Part shown: one piece after another, positions 38,220-47,421 of the stretch
Layout: every line of letters begins with the position of its first letter
Position numbering within the stretch: position 1 is the first letter of the stretch
NCBI GenBank assembly: GCA_965242525.1
Contig: OZ251459.1
Span: 576,001-640,000, forward strand
DNA from: an uncultured Candidatus Binatia bacterium
Lineage (GTDB): Bacteria > Desulfobacterota > Binatia > UBA9968 > JAJDTQ01
Reading direction: 5' to 3'
DNA length: 64,000 bases
Program-made: the position numbers and the translations under genes
Notes under the pieces: model-generated
Database searches by the model: none
What the model was told of the DNA's origin: nothing
What the model saw: only the letters and a program-made list of their open reading frames with translations

Positions 38220-38283
38220 GGCCTCTCTCCTTCCTCGACGACGCCGGCTCGCGCACCGGCTTCCGGGGGCACGGGGCCGTCCG

Positions 38284-38715
38284 CTAGAAGGGGATGTCGT
38301 CGTCGATGGGCGGCGGCTGGATCGGGGACGGGGCGTCGCCCATGCCCTGGTCCTGCTGGGGCTGCTCCTGGGAGGCCCGGGCGCCGCCTCCGCCGCCCAG
38401 GAACTGCACCCGCTGGGCCACGACCTCGGTCACGTAGCGGGTGTTCCCGGTCTTGTCCTCGTAGGAGCGGGTGCGGATGTTGCCCTGGACGAACACCTGC
38501 CGTCCCTTGGCCAGGTACTGGCCGCAGCTCTCCGCCTGCTTGCCCCAGACCACCACGTTGTGCCACTCGGTGCGCTCCTGGCGGCCGCCGTCCTGACCTG
38601 TCCATACCTCGGACGTGGCCACCGAGAAGTTCGCCACCGCGCGGCCGCTCTGCGTGAAACGGACCTCCGGGTCCTTGCCAAGGTTGCCTACCAGGATCGC
38701 CATGTTCACCGACAT
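38284..38715 (-). CDS. ssb: Single-stranded DNA-binding protein
   Basis: LVGNLGKDPEVRFT, TEWHNVVVWG, C-terminal DDDIPF. Confidence 0.97.
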   Translation of the reverse strand: MSVNMAILVGNLGKDPEVRFTQSGRAVANFSVATSEVWTGQDGGRQERTEWHNVVVWGKQAESCGQYLAKGRQVFVQGNIRTRSYEDKTGNTRYVTEVVAQRVQFLGGGGGARASQEQPQQDQGMGDAPSPIQPPPIDDDIPF

Positions 38716-38986
38716 ATGTGGACCTCGCTGGATGGATTTCCGGGTGGAACTTATCCCGAACCCGGGTTCCGGTCAACACGGGACCCCTTCCGGGGCCTCG
38801 CGCCGCCCGACCGACTATTTCGACCGTTTCCCTTGACAAGTCCGGGGGACCTCCATAAATGTGTCTGTTCATTACTTCTCATATCGGCGGCTTTCGACGG
38901 AACCATAGCCCCGTTGGGCCTTGGCCCTGTTTTTTTTCGGCCGCTCGCAACGCGGCTCCGTTCCAATGAAACCACGGGAGGACCAA

Positions 38987-39976
38987 ATGCGCAATCTGGC
39001 AACGAGAACCCTGTTGGGCGTCCTGGCCCTGGGTCTGGCCGCGGGGCTGTCCGCGTCCCCGGCCGGCGCCGCCTTTCCGGATCGCAACATCACGCTGATC
39101 GTGCCGTTCTCGCCCGGCGGCGGCTACGACTCCATCGCCCGGGCCATCGGCAGGAGCATGAAGAAATACCTGCCCGAAGGCGTGAGCGTCATCGTCAAGA
39201 ACGTCACCGGCGCCGGCGGCTTGCGGGCGAGCGTGGCGGTTTACCGGGGCAAGCCCGACGGCTACACCATCGCGCACTTCCAGTCGTCGGGGATGCTCGG
39301 CCTGCAGATGCTCAAGGGAGACGCCATCGGGTTCGACACGGCCAAATACACGTGGCTCGCGCGGGTGGGCGCGGACCCCTTCGGCCTGTTCGTGTCGGCC
39401 AAGGGACCCTTCAAGTCCATAAAGGACCTGCAAGCGGCCGAGCGGGTCACGTGGGGGGTGGAGAGCATCGGCGTGGGCCGGTGGTTCGGCTCGTTCCTGG
39501 CGGCCAAGACCTTCGGCATCGACTTCAACGTGGTGGCCGGATACCGGGGCACCGGGGAGTCCCTGCCCGCCCTGTTGCGGCGCGACTTCGACGTCTGGGC
39601 CCAGCCCATCGACCATCCCTCGGTCACTCCCTACCTGGGCACGGACCTGCTGCCGGTGGTGCAACTGGACCGGAAGCGGCCGGTCAACGCCCCCGACGTG
39701 AAGACCTCCTACGAGACAGGCTACGACCTGTACTTCAGCGACCTGCGCGCCATCGGCGGCCCCCCGGGGATACCCGCGGACCGGGCCGGGGTGCTGGAGG
39801 ACCTCCTGCTCAAGGCCATGAACGACCCCGAGTACACGGCGTGGAAGGAGCAGTCGTCCATCGTGCTGGTGGCCGGGCCGGGGTCCGCGGTGGCCGAGGA
39901 CCTGAAATACTACCAGGGGCTGTTCCAGGCGAACCTGGACGACATGAAGAAGGCCATTTCCGGGGGCGGCAACTAG
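38987..39976 (+). CDS. tctC: Tripartite tricarboxylate transporter substrate-binding protein (TctC/Bug)
   Basis: Signal peptide, FPDRNITLIVPFSPGGGYD, NVTGAGG, KPDGYT, GYRGTGE. Confidence 0.88.
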   Translation: MRNLATRTLLGVLALGLAAGLSASPAGAAFPDRNITLIVPFSPGGGYDSIARAIGRSMKKYLPEGVSVIVKNVTGAGGLRASVAVYRGKPDGYTIAHFQSSGMLGLQMLKGDAIGFDTAKYTWLARVGADPFGLFVSAKGPFKSIKDLQAAERVTWGVESIGVGRWFGSFLAAKTFGIDFNVVAGYRGTGESLPALLRRDFDVWAQPIDHPSVTPYLGTDLLPVVQLDRKRPVNAPDVKTSYETGYDLYFSDLRAIGGPPGIPADRAGVLEDLLLKAMNDPEYTAWKEQSSIVLVAGPGSAVAEDLKYYQGLFQANLDDMKKAISGGGN

Positions 39977-40035
39977 CGGCCGGCCCGTCCGGGCGGGCCG
40001 CGCGCAGCGGACCATAGCGTTCGAGGACCGACGCC

Positions 40036-41535
40036 ATGTGGGACGTGGAGCCCCTCCTGCAAGCCCTGGGCCAGCTGAGCCAGCCGGCGAACCTGCTGGT
40101 GCTCGCCGTCGGCGCGGTGGCCGGCCTGATCCTGGGGGCGCTCCCGGGCCTGTTCCTGGCGGGGTTGACCATCGGCATGACCTTCACCTTCGGGTGGGAC
40201 CCCGGGCGCGCCATGTTCCTCATGGCGGGGATGATGGGGGCCGCCACCGAGGGGGGCTCGGTCCCCGCCATCCTGCTCAACATCCCCGGGGAGGCCCCCA
40301 ACGCCGCCACCTGCTTCGACGGCCATCCCATGGCCCGCCGGGGGGAGGCGGGCCGCGCGGTGGGGCTGGCCGCGGCTTCGTCGTTCCTGGGCGCGGTGGT
40401 GGGCATGTGCTTCCTGATGATCCTCATCCCCTTCGTGAAGATCATCGTGCTGTCCTTCGGTCCGCCCGAGTTCTTCATGCTGGTGATCTTCGGCCTGCTG
40501 ACCGTGGCCTACGCGGCCCGGGGCAACATGCTGAAGGGGCTCGTGTCCGCGGGCATCGGCGTGCTGCTGTCCCTCATCGGGTTCAGCCCGGTGCACGGGG
40601 TGCTGCGGTTCAACTTCGGCAGCGACAACTACCTGTGGGACGGGATCCCCCTGGTGCCCTTCTTCATCGGCCTGTTCGCCATCGCCGAGCTGGTGAACCA
40701 CGTGCTGCGCGGCGAGACCATCGCCGCGGGGGGCGAGCGCATCAAGGTGGGGGTGTTCGGCGCCTTCGCGGGGTTCCTGGAGGTCTTCCGCTACAAGGCC
40801 ACGCTGGTGCGGAGCTCCGCCATCGGCATACTCGCGGGCATCATCCCCGGCATCGGCGGGGTGCTCGCCAACTTCCTCTCCTACTCCATGACCGTGCAGT
40901 TCTCCAGGAACCGGGAGCTGTTCGGCACGGGCAACCCCGAGGGCATCATCGCTTCCGAGGCGTCCAACGACGCCAAGGACGGCGGCGCCCTGCTGCCCAC
41001 CATCATATTCGGCATCCCCGGAAGCGCCGGCATGGCCGTGCTCCTGGGCGCCTTCATCCTCCACGGGCTCCAGCCGGGATTCTTCTTCGTCCGGGAGCAC
41101 ATGGACATCGTGTTCGTGCTGATCTTCGGCTTCGTGGTCTCCAACTTCCTGGCCAGCCTCATGGCCGCCTTCGGCGCCGACATCCTGGCCCGGGTCACCA
41201 CCCTGCGCGTGGGCTACGTGGTGCCCGCGGCCTTCCTGCTGTCGGTGGGCGGGGCCTACGCCGCCCGTGAGAACGTGTGGGACATCGGCATCGCCATCCT
41301 CGCGGGCGTGCTCGGCTTCGCCTTCAACCGGTTCGGCTTCTCCCTCGTCACCCTGGTCATCGGCTTCCTGCTGGGGGTGCGCGCGGAGTTGTCGTTCGTG
41401 CAGTCGCTCCAGATCTCCGCGGGCAGCTACGCCATCTTCTTCAACCGTCCGGTCACCGTCGTGCTGATGCTGTTGAGCCTGCTCATGCTGTGCCTGCCGT
41501 GGCTGTCGAGCCGGAAAGCGAAGGCGTCGCCATGA
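40036..41535 (+). CDS. tctA: Tripartite tricarboxylate transporter permease TctA
   Basis: GGSVPAILLNIPG, DGHPMARRGEAGRA, GIIASEASNDA, IPGSAGMA. Confidence 0.9.
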   Translation: MWDVEPLLQALGQLSQPANLLVLAVGAVAGLILGALPGLFLAGLTIGMTFTFGWDPGRAMFLMAGMMGAATEGGSVPAILLNIPGEAPNAATCFDGHPMARRGEAGRAVGLAAASSFLGAVVGMCFLMILIPFVKIIVLSFGPPEFFMLVIFGLLTVAYAARGNMLKGLVSAGIGVLLSLIGFSPVHGVLRFNFGSDNYLWDGIPLVPFFIGLFAIAELVNHVLRGETIAAGGERIKVGVFGAFAGFLEVFRYKATLVRSSAIGILAGIIPGIGGVLANFLSYSMTVQFSRNRELFGTGNPEGIIASEASNDAKDGGALLPTIIFGIPGSAGMAVLLGAFILHGLQPGFFFVREHMDIVFVLIFGFVVSNFLASLMAAFGADILARVTTLRVGYVVPAAFLLSVGGAYAARENVWDIGIAILAGVLGFAFNRFGFSLVTLVIGFLLGVRAELSFVQSLQISAGSYAIFFNRPVTVVLMLLSLLMLCLPWLSSRKAKASP

Positions 41536-42050
41536 AGGGGTCCACGTTGCTGGGCGTCATCCTGGTGGCGGTCTCGGCGCTGTTCCTGGTGTGGTCCTTC
41601 TCGTACGGCGGCATGGCGGGGTTCGTGCCGGTGGTGCTCGCGCTCCCCACCACGGCGCTGGCGGCGCTGTGCCTGGCGGGCGAGAAGTACCCGGGCATCC
41701 TGAAGGCCTTCGAGGTGAGCCTGGAAGACGTCCTCAGCACCGCGGCCGGCGAAGCCGGGGCCGGGGATCCGGCTGCGTCGGAAGGCGCCGGGGCCGGCGA
41801 GATGGCGCTCATCACCCGGATGTTCGTGTGGTTCGCCGCGTTCGGGGTGCTGGTCTTCTTCGCGGGGTTCTACGTCTCCACCACCCTGTTCGCGCTCTTC
41901 TTCACCCGCCTGCAAGGCGGCGTGGGCTGGCGGGGCTCGGTCTTCGTCACCGCCCTGGCGCTGGGCTTCTTCTACTTCGTCTTCGAGGAGACCCTGAGGG
42001 TGGACCTCTTCGCCGGCGTCTGGTTCGGCGCGTTCCGGCCCCCGCTGTAG
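41532..42050 (+). CDS. tctB: TctB-like small membrane subunit
   Basis: ATGA overlap with tctA; 4-5 TMs. Confidence 0.75.
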   Translation: MKGSTLLGVILVAVSALFLVWSFSYGGMAGFVPVVLALPTTALAALCLAGEKYPGILKAFEVSLEDVLSTAAGEAGAGDPAASEGAGAGEMALITRMFVWFAAFGVLVFFAGFYVSTTLFALFFTRLQGGVGWRGSVFVTALALGFFYFVFEETLRVDLFAGVWFGAFRPPL

Positions 42051-42101
42051 CTCCCTCGACCGGCGCCGAGGTCCGGGACACGTGCGCGGGAGCCGGCTTC
42101 C

Positions 42102-42196
42102 GGAGAAGGAAGGCGCCCGGTGGCGCCGCTGGTCTTCAAAACCAGTCTGAGGGCCGTAAGGTCCTCGGAGGGTTCGACTCCCTCCCTTCTCCGCCA
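42102..42196 (+). tRNA. selC: tRNA-Sec (anticodon TCA)
   Basis: 95 nt. 8-bp acceptor stem GGAGAAGG/CCTTCTCC, G discriminator and encoded CCA. Anticodon loop CTTCAAA, long variable arm, GGTTCGACTC T-loop. Confidence 0.95.
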
Positions 42197-42242
42197 CCAG
42201 GGGACGTTGGCGTTGATGGCTCGGGGAAACCCGGAATGATTC

Positions 42243-42310
42243 CCCCGTTCATCCTGGGCGAAGCGAAGTCCCCCGTTCGTCCTGAGCGTAGCGAAGCGAA
42301 GTCGAAGGAC
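42243..42310 (+). repeat. Tandem type-B palindromic repeats
   Basis: One partial and one full CCCCGTTCGTCCTGAGC...GTCGAAGGAC. Confidence 0.8.
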
Positions 42311-42319
42311 GCGCTTTCC

Positions 42320-43312
42320 CTATACCGGCCGTCGGCAACGGCCCACGACGCCGTTGCTGCCGTGGAAAACCTCGATTTGCCCGGCGCCCAGGTCCGTCAG
42401 CATGCGTTCGACCTGCCTTTTCGTTCGACTGTGCTTGTGCCAGTCCGTCAAGCCGTCGTGGGTGTTCAACAGTGCGTACTGATATTGTTGCCGGTCGTTC
42501 AATCGAGGGTGGTGGTACCCGGTATGGAGCGGCAACAGCTTGGACAGCAGGAACAGGAGGAACGGGTGATTCCTGGCCGCCCGGTAGAACGGGAAGAACA
42601 GGTCCACCAACCGGGTCGTTGCACGGAGGCCTCTCTCCGGGGTCATGCGCTTGACGAGGGACCGGCACAGCACCCGGCCCGGATTGGTCAGCCCTCGCAC
42701 ACGTGAAACGTAATGGTCGAACAACAGTGTCCCGCCGGGGCGTACCTGTTCGTACAGCTTGCCGACGGTTTCCTCCGGGGACTCGGTGTGCTGGACGACG
42801 CCCAGACAGAAGACCAGGTCGAACTGGCGCGGAGCGAAAGGCAGCCGGAGGATGTCCGCCTGGTAGATGTGATGCCTCTCGTCCTGGGGAAAGTTGTCGG
42901 AGTTCGCCTCCACCGCGGTGCTGCTGTCGATCGAATGGACGCGAACCGAAGGGAAGGACAGCAGGATCTCGGTGAACCTGCCGGCGCCGCAACCGGCTTC
43001 GAGAACGTTCAGCGAATCGGGGCGGGAAAGGCGGTGGTAGAACTCTCCCAGGCAGAACTTCGCACGGTCCCGGGAGATCGAAAGTCCGGTATGCGAATCG
43101 AGCTGCACCTTCGAGAAGGTGCGCCACTGCAAACCGAACGGTTCGGAATAGTGGCGGCAGGCAACGAAGCGCGGTATCGAATCGACGACTTCCCATCGGC
43201 AGCCGTCCTCGCACAGGATGCTTGCCGATGCGCGGCTCAGCCTCGAACCGTCGTCAGGACAGACCATCTGGATGTCCACGGCAGGGATTCCCTTCGGGCG
43301 GCCTTCGGCCAT
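42320..43312 (-). CDS. Class I SAM methyltransferase with N-terminal Trm112-like zinc-ribbon segment
   Basis: CPDDG...C..GCRWEVVDSIPRF, VLEAGCGAGRF, QADILRLPF..FDLVFCLGV, VRPGG. Lower GC. Confidence 0.82.
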   Translation of the reverse strand: MAEGRPKGIPAVDIQMVCPDDGSRLSRASASILCEDGCRWEVVDSIPRFVACRHYSEPFGLQWRTFSKVQLDSHTGLSISRDRAKFCLGEFYHRLSRPDSLNVLEAGCGAGRFTEILLSFPSVRVHSIDSSTAVEANSDNFPQDERHHIYQADILRLPFAPRQFDLVFCLGVVQHTESPEETVGKLYEQVRPGGTLLFDHYVSRVRGLTNPGRVLCRSLVKRMTPERGLRATTRLVDLFFPFYRAARNHPFLLFLLSKLLPLHTGYHHPRLNDRQQYQYALLNTHDGLTDWHKHSRTKRQVERMLTDLGAGQIEVFHGSNGVVGRCRRPV

Positions 43313-43341
43313 GCGGCCGCACGCTCGACCGGTTCCGGGTG

Positions 43342-43371
43342 AATGTAGGGGGGCCGACGGCAGGTTGTCAA
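43342..43371 (-). promoter_or_regulatory. Sigma70-like promoter of the methyltransferase gene
   Basis: TTGACA-18-TACATT on the minus strand. Confidence 0.55.
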
Positions 43372-43406
43372 CCTTTCGGGAGGATGTTCGTTTCTTTCCG
43401 GGCGCT

Positions 43407-43435
43407 TTGACACGAGGGTTGCAAGACGGTACAAG
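43407..43435 (+). promoter_or_regulatory. Sigma70-like promoter of dctQM (divergent)
   Basis: TTGACA-17-TACAAG. Confidence 0.5.
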
Positions 43436-43490
43436 CAGGAAGTTCCCGGACGCACCGCCGGTTCCGTGGAGCGGCGGACAGGGAGGCAGG

Positions 43491-44003
43491 ATGCAGAGCA
43501 TGGCCCGGTACTACGATCGGCTCCTGGACCTGTTCAAGGTCGGGGCGGAGGTCGTCGTCTTCCTCATCTTCTTCCTCATCGCCAGCGACGTGTTCATCCG
43601 CCTGGCGGGCTTGCAGCCCTCCACCTACACCCTGGGGGTGGTGGAGTACTGCCTCCTGTGGTTCACCATGCTGGGGGCGCCGTGGCTGGTGCGCATGAAG
43701 GGCCACGTGTTCGTGGACTCGCTGGTCCAGTTCCTGCCCCGTAGGGTGCAGACGGCCCTGGCCAAGCTCGTGTACCTGGTCTGCATCGCCGGCTCGCTGC
43801 TGTTCGTCTATTTCTCCTTCGACCTCACGGCGGCGGCGTTCCTGTCCGGGGAGATGGACATCCGGGGCGAAGCGCAGCCCCTGTGGCTGCTGCTGGCGCC
43901 CCTGCCGGTGTCGTTCTCCATGGTGGCCGTGGAGTTCCTCCGCTACCTGCTGGGCGTGGACGCCATGTACACCTCGCGCACCGATGTGCGGGAGAACGTG
44001 TGA
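43491..44003 (+). CDS. dctQ: TRAP transporter small permease DctQ
   Basis: DVFIR, EYCLLWFTMLGAPWLVR..GHV.VD; 4 TMs. Confidence 0.85.
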   Translation: MQSMARYYDRLLDLFKVGAEVVVFLIFFLIASDVFIRLAGLQPSTYTLGVVEYCLLWFTMLGAPWLVRMKGHVFVDSLVQFLPRRVQTALAKLVYLVCIAGSLLFVYFSFDLTAAAFLSGEMDIRGEAQPLWLLLAPLPVSFSMVAVEFLRYLLGVDAMYTSRTDVRENV

Positions 44004-45313
44004 TGGAATGGTACTGGGCCTTCGCTTTCCTGGTGGGGATGGTGGTGTGCCTGATGGCCGTCGGCGTCCCCGTGGCCTTCGCCTTCATCACCACCAACTT
44101 CGTGGGCATACTCGTCTTCGCCGGCAGCCACGGACTCATCCAGGTGGTGGACAACTCCACCGTGCTCATCACCCGGTTCACCCTGGGGCCGGTGCCCATG
44201 TTCATCCTCATGGGCGCGCTCTTCTTCCACACGGGCCTGGCCATCCGCGTCTTCGACGGGCTCGACACGCTGTTCGGCAAGCTGCGGGGCCGGCTGTGCT
44301 ACCTCACCGTGGCCGGCGGCACGGTCTTCTCCACGCTCACGGGTTCGTCCATGGCCAACACGGCCATGCTGGGGTCGCTGCTGGTCCCGGAGATGCAGCG
44401 GCGGGGCTACAACTGGCGCATGTCCATGGGCCCCATCCTGGGCACCGGCGGACTGGCCATGATCATACCGCCGTCCGCGCTGGCGGTGCTGCTGGCGAGC
44501 GTCGCCAACATCGACGTGGGCCGCCTGCTGATCGCGGGCTTCCTGCCCGGCTTCGTCCTGGCGGTGCTGTACGCCGCCATGCTGTACCTCCAGATCCTCC
44601 TCAACCCCGCGGGCGCGCCGGCCTACGACGTGCCGCCCACGAGCTGGAGCCACAAGCTCAAGTTCGTCAGCTTCAACATCCTGCCGGTCAGCCTCGTCAT
44701 CTTCATGGTCATCGGTTTCATCATCCTGGGGGTGGCCACGCCCACGGAGTCCGCGGCTTGCGGCGTGCTGGGCGTCTTCATCCTGGCCGCGGCCTTCCGC
44801 GTGCTGAAGTGGGAGGCCGTCCGCACCTCGTTGTCGGGCACGGTGCGGGTGGCGGGCATGGTGTTCTTCATCATCATGAACTCCACGGTCTTCAGCCAGC
44901 TCCTGGCCTACTCGGGCGCCACCGCGGGCATGCTGGAATGGGCCACCAGCTTCGAGGTGTCCCGCCTCGTGGTGCTCGCGGTCATGTTCCTGATCCTCAT
45001 CGTGCTGGGGATGTTCATGGACGCCACCTCCATGATGCTCATCACCGTGCCCATCTTCTTTCCCCTGGCCGAGGCCCTCGGCTTCGACCTGATCTGGTTC
45101 GGCCTGTTCGTGCTGATGACGCTGGAGATGGCCGGCACCACGCCTCCTTTCGGGCTGCTGCTCTACGTCATGCTCGGGGTGGCGCCCCGGGGGACCACGC
45201 TGCTGCAAGTGGCCAACGCGGCCGTCCCGTTCCTGGTCTGCGACCTCATCCTGATATTCATCCTGATCGCCTACCCCGAACTCGCGCTGTTCCTCCCCGA
45301 CCTCATGGAGTGA
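44003..45313 (+). CDS. dctM: TRAP transporter large permease DctM
   Basis: GVPVAFA, VPMFILMG, GSSMAN, IIPPS, ATPTES, TPPFG. Confidence 0.92.
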   Translation: MEWYWAFAFLVGMVVCLMAVGVPVAFAFITTNFVGILVFAGSHGLIQVVDNSTVLITRFTLGPVPMFILMGALFFHTGLAIRVFDGLDTLFGKLRGRLCYLTVAGGTVFSTLTGSSMANTAMLGSLLVPEMQRRGYNWRMSMGPILGTGGLAMIIPPSALAVLLASVANIDVGRLLIAGFLPGFVLAVLYAAMLYLQILLNPAGAPAYDVPPTSWSHKLKFVSFNILPVSLVIFMVIGFIILGVATPTESAACGVLGVFILAAAFRVLKWEAVRTSLSGTVRVAGMVFFIIMNSTVFSQLLAYSGATAGMLEWATSFEVSRLVVLAVMFLILIVLGMFMDATSMMLITVPIFFPLAEALGFDLIWFGLFVLMTLEMAGTTPPFGLLLYVMLGVAPRGTTLLQVANAAVPFLVCDLILIFILIAYPELALFLPDLME

Positions 45314-45513
45314 CGCGGGCAGGCGGCTTCGCCTGCGCCGGACGGCCCGGTCGCCCTGGGGTCCGGAAAGGGACTGCGCACCGCGTGGCGGAACCGCGCA
45401 TGGAGTATCCCTCATCGGGTTGACAGACGGGATTTTCTGTCTTATTCCCACCTGCAGGAGGGGCATGGAAGGGAAGGAAGGCGGGTATGACGAAGGCGAC
45501 GCAGGTGGGAGTC

Positions 45514-45807
45514 ATGATCGTTTCCGTTGAAATAGTGATCGAGCCGGACGGGGATGGGTTCTTTGCCTACGCACCGGCGCTCAAGGGGCTTCTCATGGAC
45601 GGGAGCACGGAGACGGAAGCCCTGGAAAGAGCCAGGGAGGGGGTCAAGGTTTACCTGGAGTCCCTTCACCGGCAAGGAGAACCGCTGCCCGAAGGACCCG
45701 GAATCTCCGTCCATCCCGAGAACCCCGAGGCGTCCGTACAACACGTGACGATGCAATGGCCGACTCCGTTTGGGACCAGCTTGGAAACTGCACTGCCGAC
45801 GACCTGA
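45514..45807 (+). CDS. hicB: HicB family antitoxin (short, no DNA-binding domain)
   Basis: IEPDGDGFFAYAPALKG...GSTETEAL..AREG...YLESL..GEPLP. Confidence 0.85.
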   Translation: MIVSVEIVIEPDGDGFFAYAPALKGLLMDGSTETEALERAREGVKVYLESLHRQGEPLPEGPGISVHPENPEASVQHVTMQWPTPFGTSLETALPTT

Positions 45808-46004
45808 TACGGGCTCTGCGCAAGGATGGATGGGAGGATGAGCCTCGACGCGGAGCCACTCGTGCGTTCCGCAAGGGTTCGGACCGTCGTATCGTCATCC
45901 ACTACCACCCCAGGAAGACTTATGGCGTCAAGCTCCTGAAGGAACTGGTCAAGCAGGCAGGTTGGAAACCGGAGGATATGAAGCGTCTGAAGTTGATCAG
46001 GTAG
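45756..46004 (+). CDS. hicA: HicA-like toxin
   Basis: 82 aa, basic: LIRALRKDGW...IVIHYH....GVKLLKELVKQAG. Follows hicB. Confidence 0.75.
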   Translation: MADSVWDQLGNCTADDLIRALRKDGWEDEPRRGATRAFRKGSDRRIVIHYHPRKTYGVKLLKELVKQAGWKPEDMKRLKLIR

Positions 46005-46087
46005 CAGGAATACCGACACCGACGGACCAGGTTGCAAGCTGTCCCGCGGCGACCCGTTCGGTTGGTGTCATGGCTCTCCCTCTCATG

Positions 46088-46131
46088 GTGGAACGCCCCC
46101 GATGCGCAGCGTCGCATCGGGGGCGTTCCAC
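46088..46131. terminator. Strong hairpin between convergent genes
   Basis: Perfect 19-bp stem GTGGAACGCCCCCGATGCG/CGCATCGGGGGCGTTCCAC. Confidence 0.7.
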
Positions 46132-46154
46132 GTTCCGGTCTCCACCGCGGCGCG

Positions 46155-47153
46155 TCAGGGCGCGCGGTACATCTTCTCCTTGAGCTTGGCGAACGGCACG
46201 GAGTAGTTCTTGCCGGAGCGGACATCCCAGGCGAGTTCGTACACGGTGCGCAGGTACGCCTTGCGGACCTCGCCCTGGAGCTCGTACTTCTGGAGGCCCG
46301 AGGCCCACAGCTTCTCGTTGTCGGCGTCGGCCTTCTTGCGGAGTATGGGTTCGCTGCCCTGCTCGAACGCCAGGCCGGCCTCGGTGAGCTTGTCCTGCAC
46401 GGCCTCGGGCAGCCCGTTCCACTTGTCGGCGTTGATCACGACCATGGAGCCGCTGCGGTAGAACCCCGGATAGACGCGGTACTTGAGGAACTTCTGGACG
46501 CCGTACTTGGCCAGCGCTCCCTCGGGCCACGCGAGCCCCTGGACCACGCCCCGCTGCAGGCCCGTGTACATCTCCGCGGCCGCCATGTTGATGGGGATGG
46601 CCCGCATGGCCTTGAAGAAGGGGTTGTAGGTGGCGGTGGAGCGCATCTTGCGGCCGGAGAGGTCGAGCCCCGTCTCGGTGCTCTCCTTGGGCTTGAAGGT
46701 GGTATAGATGTGGAAGTCCACGCCGTAACAGCACCAGCCCAGGATGCGCCCGTTGAACTTGTCCTTCCACACCGGCTGGAGCTGGTCGATGGCGCCGTTT
46801 TCCCGGAGCTCCCTGGTGGAGAGGTTGGTCACCGAGGTGAGGCCCGCTTCCGCCACCATTCCCTCGAAGTAGCCCATGGGGCAGAAGATCATGTCCACCA
46901 GGCCGCGCTTGAGGGCCGGACCCTGCTTCTTTCGCGGCGTCACTTCCGGACCGCCCACGTAGTGGAGCTTTGCCTCGCCCTTGGCCGCCTCGTTGAAGGC
47001 GTCGTGGAACGCCTGGAAGTAGGTCTCCACCTGGTCGTGGGTCTTGGCCAGACAGGTGCTGACCCGCAGCGTGACCGCGGCCTGCGCGGCTGCGGCCGGT
47101 ACCAACAGGGCGAACGCCATCGCGACGAGCGCTGCGGTTGCAGTCCTTTTCAT
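46155..47153 (-). CDS. dctP: TRAP transporter substrate-binding protein DctP
   Basis: Signal peptide, VGGPEV, ALKRGLVDM, LSGRKMR, EMYTGLQRGVVQG, INADKWNGLP. Confidence 0.9.
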   Translation of the reverse strand: MKRTATAALVAMAFALLVPAAAAQAAVTLRVSTCLAKTHDQVETYFQAFHDAFNEAAKGEAKLHYVGGPEVTPRKKQGPALKRGLVDMIFCPMGYFEGMVAEAGLTSVTNLSTRELRENGAIDQLQPVWKDKFNGRILGWCCYGVDFHIYTTFKPKESTETGLDLSGRKMRSTATYNPFFKAMRAIPINMAAAEMYTGLQRGVVQGLAWPEGALAKYGVQKFLKYRVYPGFYRSGSMVVINADKWNGLPEAVQDKLTEAGLAFEQGSEPILRKKADADNEKLWASGLQKYELQGEVRKAYLRTVYELAWDVRSGKNYSVPFAKLKEKMYRAP

Positions 47154-47230
47154 GCGCGTGTCCTCCTTTGCCGGGGTCTTGCGCCCCAACGGGTTGATGC
47201 CTCCGTCCGAACCGTCGAACGGCGCCCCGT

Positions 47231-47259
47231 ATTAGATTAGAGTCCACGGGCGTTGTCAA
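47231..47259 (-). promoter_or_regulatory. Sigma70-like promoter of dctP
   Basis: TTGACA-17-TCTAAT. Confidence 0.65.
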
Positions 47260-47421
47260 GCGCGGCCGGGACGAGTCCGGACCCGGACGCGGCGGGATGC
47301 GTTTACGGATGGTTCGGGTCCGGCCGCCGGGTGCTTGAACCAGCATATTCCAATCCGAGAATGCCACTGAAGGGGGGTTGGGAGTCAGGCTGGCCGTGAC
47401 CGAGTTCGAGACCGCCACCAT

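Noticed and set aside
37564-38715. Prophage remnant (ssb plus holin-like genes)
   Set aside because: ssb looks like the housekeeping copy (DDDIPF, host-like GC), and there are no phage genes nearby.
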